In this document: piece by piece, positions 60,615 through 64,000 of the stretch | Position numbering within the stretch: the first letter of the stretch is position 1 | Layout: every line of letters starts with the position of its first letter | From: Patescibacteria group bacterium UBA1388 | GTDB taxonomy: Bacteria > Patescibacteriota > Microgenomatia > UBA1400 > PJMF01 | Assembly: GCA_002305355.1 (NCBI GenBank) | Contig: DBQS01000023.1 | Location: 4,189-68,188 of the forward strand | Reading direction: 5' to 3' | DNA: 64,000 nucleotides | The notes under the pieces: generated by a model | Databases searched by the model: none | What the model was told of the DNA's origin: nothing | What the model saw: only the letters and a program-made list of their open reading frames with translations | Program-made: the position numbers and the translations under genes

Positions 60615-61772
60615 TTATTGTTTATTTGCCAACGCTTGCTGATAGACACTAATAGTTTGGGTGATCACATCTTGCCAATTAAACATTTGTAAGCGAATGA
60701 TCATTTTTTGTAAGCGTTGTCGTTCCTGATTAGTGTTTTCGGCTAGGATTTTTTCAATGCCGGCCCGAATGCTTTCCACAGAAAGAGGATCAACCAACTC
60801 AGCGGCATTGCCAGCTACTTCGGGCATGCTTGAAACATTGGAGGTTACCACCGGCGTGCCATGATGAAAAGCTTCTAAAATTGGTAATCCGAAACCCTCG
60901 TAAAGAGAAGGATAAGCAAAAAGTTTTGCTTCTGCATACAAGACGGACAATTGTTTGTCATCTACTCTACCTAAAAATCGCAAGTGATCTGATAAGTTTT
61001 GGTACTTTTTATTTTCAGTATCATCCCATCCTGATTCGCCAGCAATGATCAAATCCAGATTTTTTTGCAGAGGTTGCCAAGCTTCAATTAAATTTTTGAG
61101 GTTTTTGCGTGGTTCACGATTGCCCACAAATAGTATGAACGGTCGAGTAAGTTGGAGCTGCATCTTAATTTGCTCAAATTGTTCTTCAGAAAGCCGATCA
61201 TTGACCATTTTGACTTCTAGAGGCAGCGCTTCATGAATGACATGCACTCGTTCGTCAGGAATGTCAAGATGTTCGATAATATCGTTCTTGGTTGCTCTAC
61301 TCACGGCAATGATGGTGGCCTTTCGTTGCCTGAGAATATCCCAAGATTGACGGTGCATCTGCAAAACTTTGGGATGAGCAGTCTCTGGATATTTGAGGAT
61401 GGCTAGATCATGAATGGTGGAAACAAGCGGCAAGTCGTGATCGGGTGGCTGCATCCAGTCCCATGAATGAAAGAGGTCGATGTTTGGCAGTACCGAGCGA
61501 ATTTTAGGGAAGTGCATTTTATTCCACAAAAAATTAAACATTGATGGCGGATAAGCTTGGATAGAAGTTTCTGCTTTCGCATTGCCAGCCTCTTTTTTGA
61601 GCCGTTCAGCGATTTGAAGGAGCTGCTGCCTTTGACGCAAAGCAGAACCATAAAGACTCACTCGCACCTTGGGACTAGTGAGTAGGCCACGCACTAAATT
61701 AGTCGTGTAACGCGACACACCCCGGTGATAGATGGTAGAAGTAATATCAATACCCACGCGCAACATAATCAC
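60615..61772 (-). CDS. Glycosyltransferase family 4
   Basis: GVSRY, TIHDL, EPRKN, PSLYEGFGLPILEA. Confidence 0.92.
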   Translation of the reverse strand: MIMLRVGIDITSTIYHRGVSRYTTNLVRGLLTSPKVRVSLYGSALRQRQQLLQIAERLKKEAGNAKAETSIQAYPPSMFNFLWNKMHFPKIRSVLPNIDLFHSWDWMQPPDHDLPLVSTIHDLAILKYPETAHPKVLQMHRQSWDILRQRKATIIAVSRATKNDIIEHLDIPDERVHVIHEALPLEVKMVNDRLSEEQFEQIKMQLQLTRPFILFVGNREPRKNLKNLIEAWQPLQKNLDLIIAGESGWDDTENKKYQNLSDHLRFLGRVDDKQLSVLYAEAKLFAYPSLYEGFGLPILEAFHHGTPVVTSNVSSMPEVAGNAAELVDPLSVESIRAGIEKILAENTNQERQRLQKMIIRLQMFNWQDVITQTISVYQQALANKQ

Positions 61773-61795
61773 TTTCTCTTATAGACGGTTGAGAA

Positions 61796-63322
61796 TTAAT
61801 TTCCTTGCTTGTTGTAGCTTAACACAGCTTCTGGTCTTGCATAAATCCTCACAAAGCCAATCTTGGGTTGATCGATGAGCAAGACTGGTTTGAAATCGTG
61901 TGCTTCCAGATGAAATTCTAGTCGCCTATTGGGATCAGTCAAGTCTCTGAGGTAGTCAAACAGTATGACATAGTGATAGTCATTGAGTGGTTTGAGGGTT
62001 GAAGATAAGTCAGTCTTGGCGGTGATAAGCAGAGTGTTGGGTGTGAAGACAGGAAAGTTGGTAGGCGCATACCACACCCATGGTGCAAAGGGAGCGTTAA
62101 ATCCAAATAGAACCGCCGCCCCGCTTGAGTAATCAGTGGTAATTTGACTGATTAGGCCGCGCCAGTTTTCGCGCTGTAGGTTGGGATTGGTCCAGTACTG
62201 AAATAATGCAAAACCATTAATTATCAATAACCAGCCGATGAAACCGGTAATAATCACTTGGGTGCGATCAAGAGTTGGTAGTTTGGCTAATTTTTCTTTG
62301 ACTAGTAAAACAGCTGCGCTGACCAGAAGATAAAAGGCTGGCAAACTAAACAAAACTCGCTTGGGCTGAAGCACGGGAACTAGAAAAGAAATAATCCAGG
62401 CGGTGAGAATAGGTACGGTCAACCAAAGCAGCAAAATTATTACTCGCCGATCGATCAATGTGAAGCGATAGAAATATAAACCGATGAGGGTCATTAAGCC
62501 AAAGGTAATGATAGCGCTGCCAATTAAAAGTAAGTTCAGATCAAAGTTGAGTTCTCCATATATAAATGTAGCAGCCGTCAAGGGTAGTACTTTTAATTGT
62601 GGAATGCTGACCACTTGATCCCACCCGGGTAGTTGAGTTCTTAGTAGCGTGCCTACCCGCAGTTGGGTCAAAAATGAAGGCAGCCAGGGGGCAAATAAGA
62701 CGCTTGCCAAGATTATGCTCCACATCAAGCGCTGCCAGTGGTGGCGATAAAACCACATTAACACTACTAATTGGCTCAAGAATAAAAAAGGGTATAAGTA
62801 GCTGGAGTACAAACCTAAGGCACTCATGACACCAAAACTGACTAAAAATTTCCCCGAAAGTTGTTTTTGATCAAGGTGATTAATTAACAACAGCCAACTC
62901 AAGGTTGCCCAAAAAGTAGGTAAGGAGTATGGTCTGAGTTCTTGAGAATAAAAGACGTGTAAAAAGGAGGTGCTCAGCAGTAATGCTGACCAAAAACCCA
63001 CCTGTTGGGAAAATAATTTTCTACCGATCAAATAAGTACCGATGATAGAGCCAATACCGGGAATAAAAGCGCCAAACAAGCGGAGCCACCACTCACTCGT
63101 GCTAACTTGGCTGGCAAAATGAACGATGAAATGCAGCAAGGGCGGCTGGAAATCGTGCTTGATGTCTAGCTGAGCGCTGAGTGGCCGCACACTTTCCGAC
63201 GCTTGAGCCGCTTCATCCAGCCAAAACGAACCATTCAGAAGAGGTAAGCGTAAACCGACTGCAACCAACACCAAGATACAAAGTAACAACCAGTCTGGAA
63301 TAGTTTTGAAATATTTTTGCAT
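61796..63322 (-). CDS. GT-C fold (PMT/ArnT-like) membrane glycosyltransferase
   Basis: SFWLDEA, QPPL, YSQELRPYS, ENWR; multi-TM. Confidence 0.83.
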   Translation of the reverse strand: MQKYFKTIPDWLLLCILVLVAVGLRLPLLNGSFWLDEAAQASESVRPLSAQLDIKHDFQPPLLHFIVHFASQVSTSEWWLRLFGAFIPGIGSIIGTYLIGRKLFSQQVGFWSALLLSTSFLHVFYSQELRPYSLPTFWATLSWLLLINHLDQKQLSGKFLVSFGVMSALGLYSSYLYPFLFLSQLVVLMWFYRHHWQRLMWSIILASVLFAPWLPSFLTQLRVGTLLRTQLPGWDQVVSIPQLKVLPLTAATFIYGELNFDLNLLLIGSAIITFGLMTLIGLYFYRFTLIDRRVIILLLWLTVPILTAWIISFLVPVLQPKRVLFSLPAFYLLVSAAVLLVKEKLAKLPTLDRTQVIITGFIGWLLIINGFALFQYWTNPNLQRENWRGLISQITTDYSSGAAVLFGFNAPFAPWVWYAPTNFPVFTPNTLLITAKTDLSSTLKPLNDYHYVILFDYLRDLTDPNRRLEFHLEAHDFKPVLLIDQPKIGFVRIYARPEAVLSYNKQGN

Positions 63323-63366
63323 CTAGAGTATATGGTAGCAGACACTGACGAAAAAATTTTGAGCAC

Positions 63367-63391
63367 AAAAAATCCCTCCGTGAGGAGGGAT
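63367..63391 (-). terminator. Intrinsic terminator, module copy 1
   Basis: ATCCCTCC-TCAC-GGAGGGAT hairpin followed by a T run on the minus strand. Confidence 0.85.
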
Positions 63392-63487
63392 GTGATGCTG
63401 ACCATACCGATGATTTAAATTGATCGTGTCTGATATAAGCTTGATTCTAGCAATTAGGCAAATTGTTAAGGATTAGTATTTAATTCG

Positions 63488-63554
63488 TGGACCCGACGGG
63501 TGTTGATCCCGTAGAACAAATTTATCAGATAAGTGCTTGCACTAGCACGGGCCC
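63488..63554 (-). ncRNA. tRNA-like RNA copy 1 (G3-U70 acceptor, minimal D arm, CUGAUAA loop)
   Basis: GGGCCCG/CGGGTCC-A acceptor; TGC-TAGT-GCA; weak anticodon stem around CTGATAA; T arm ACGGG-ATCAACA-CCCGT; 67 nt; no CCA. Confidence 0.7.
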
Positions 63555-63745
63555 AGCTATCGCAATCATAACCGGCCATGTTTGCACTAAGTGTAGAAAA
63601 TAAATTATCAAAAATTTAGCAATAATTCAGACTGACTAGGAACAAAAAAACCCTCGATTAAGGACGTTTCTATTTTGCACTAACATTAATCAAATTGTGA
63701 TGAATTTTCTGTATGATGATGTCTGGGTGATCAACCTAATAGCAC

Positions 63746-63768
63746 AAAAAATCCCGCAGTGAGCGGGA
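63746..63768 (-). terminator. Intrinsic terminator, module copy 2
   Basis: TCCCGC-TCACT-GCGGGA hairpin followed by T6 on the minus strand. Confidence 0.85.
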
Positions 63769-63878
63769 CTTGATGTCTAACCGTCGCAATTCGCGCGTAT
63801 ATTGAGTCTGACAGCTTATAATTTATCACAGATTGATTTAAAAGCAATTATTAATTGGGAATAATGATATAGGTTGTG

Positions 63879-63948
63879 TGGAGGCGACGGGTATCGAACC
63901 CGCCGGTTAGAAGTTGTCAGACTCTAATTCGCACCATGCGACGCCCCC
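63879..63948 (-). ncRNA. tRNA-like RNA copy 2 (G3-U70 acceptor, minimal D arm, CUGACAA loop)
   Basis: GGGGGCG/CGCCTCC-A acceptor; TCGCA-TGG-TGCGA; TTAGAG-TCTGACAAC-TTCTAA; T arm GCGGG-TTCGATA-CCCGT; 70 nt; no CCA. Confidence 0.8.
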
Positions 63949-64000
63949 GTCGCAACCACTGTTAGTATGCAACTCCACCATTACGCAAACCGTAGAATCA

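Larger units (their letters stand above)
63362..63948 (-). repeat. Two diverged tandem copies (63362-63554 and 63741-63948) of a non-coding module
   Basis: Shared plus-strand landmarks in the same order: AGCACAAAAAATCCC, GTGAG..GGGA, TGATG, GTCTGA(T/C)A, AGCTT, GTGGA..CGACGGGT, (A/G)TCAGA, GCCC. Confidence 0.85.

Noticed and set aside
63729-63829. Short GTG-started ORF on the minus strand of module copy 2
   Set aside because: No SD, it runs through the terminator, and the frame and peptide are not clearly conserved in copy 1.
63879-63948. Canonical one-piece tmRNA (ssrA)
   Set aside because: The ends resemble tmRNA, but the acceptor halves are only 70 nt apart with no tag ORF or pseudoknots between them.
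63330-64000. CRISPR or TIGR-type array (TGATG/CTGA box-like words on the plus strand)
   Set aside because: No regular repeat-spacer period, only two ~200-bp units, terminators point the other way, and no cas or Nop-domain gene is in the window.

Overview
Mostly minus-strand core chromosome of a small-genome bacterium using genetic code 11 (TGA is a stop). Gene content and protein style suggest Patescibacteria/CPR, probably Microgenomates; this is inference. In coordinate order: dnaE (cut by the window edge), gatBAC, htpX/lemA, a three-tRNA stretch (Asp, Gly, Thr) with accessory genes, a small wzx/GT2/O-antigen-ligase unit, lepB, parB, rpmA-methyltransferase-rplU, rodA, ileS, a dcw cluster (mraZ to ftsZ; contains yvcK and murA, lacks murD/murF/ddl), glyS, recO, and a ~20 kb surface-glycan cluster interrupted by ruvCAB. 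The most unusual items are non-coding. First, at 63.36-63.95 kb a ~200 bp module occurs twice. Each copy has a tRNA-like gene (alanine-type G3-U70 acceptor stem, shrunken D arm, GAU or GAC anticodon loop), a downstream segment complementary to that copy's own tRNA-like sequence, and an intrinsic terminator. Second, upstream of glyS is a minimal glycine T-box riboswitch with an ultrashort stem I and no stem II. All structures were folded by eye and no database search was run.
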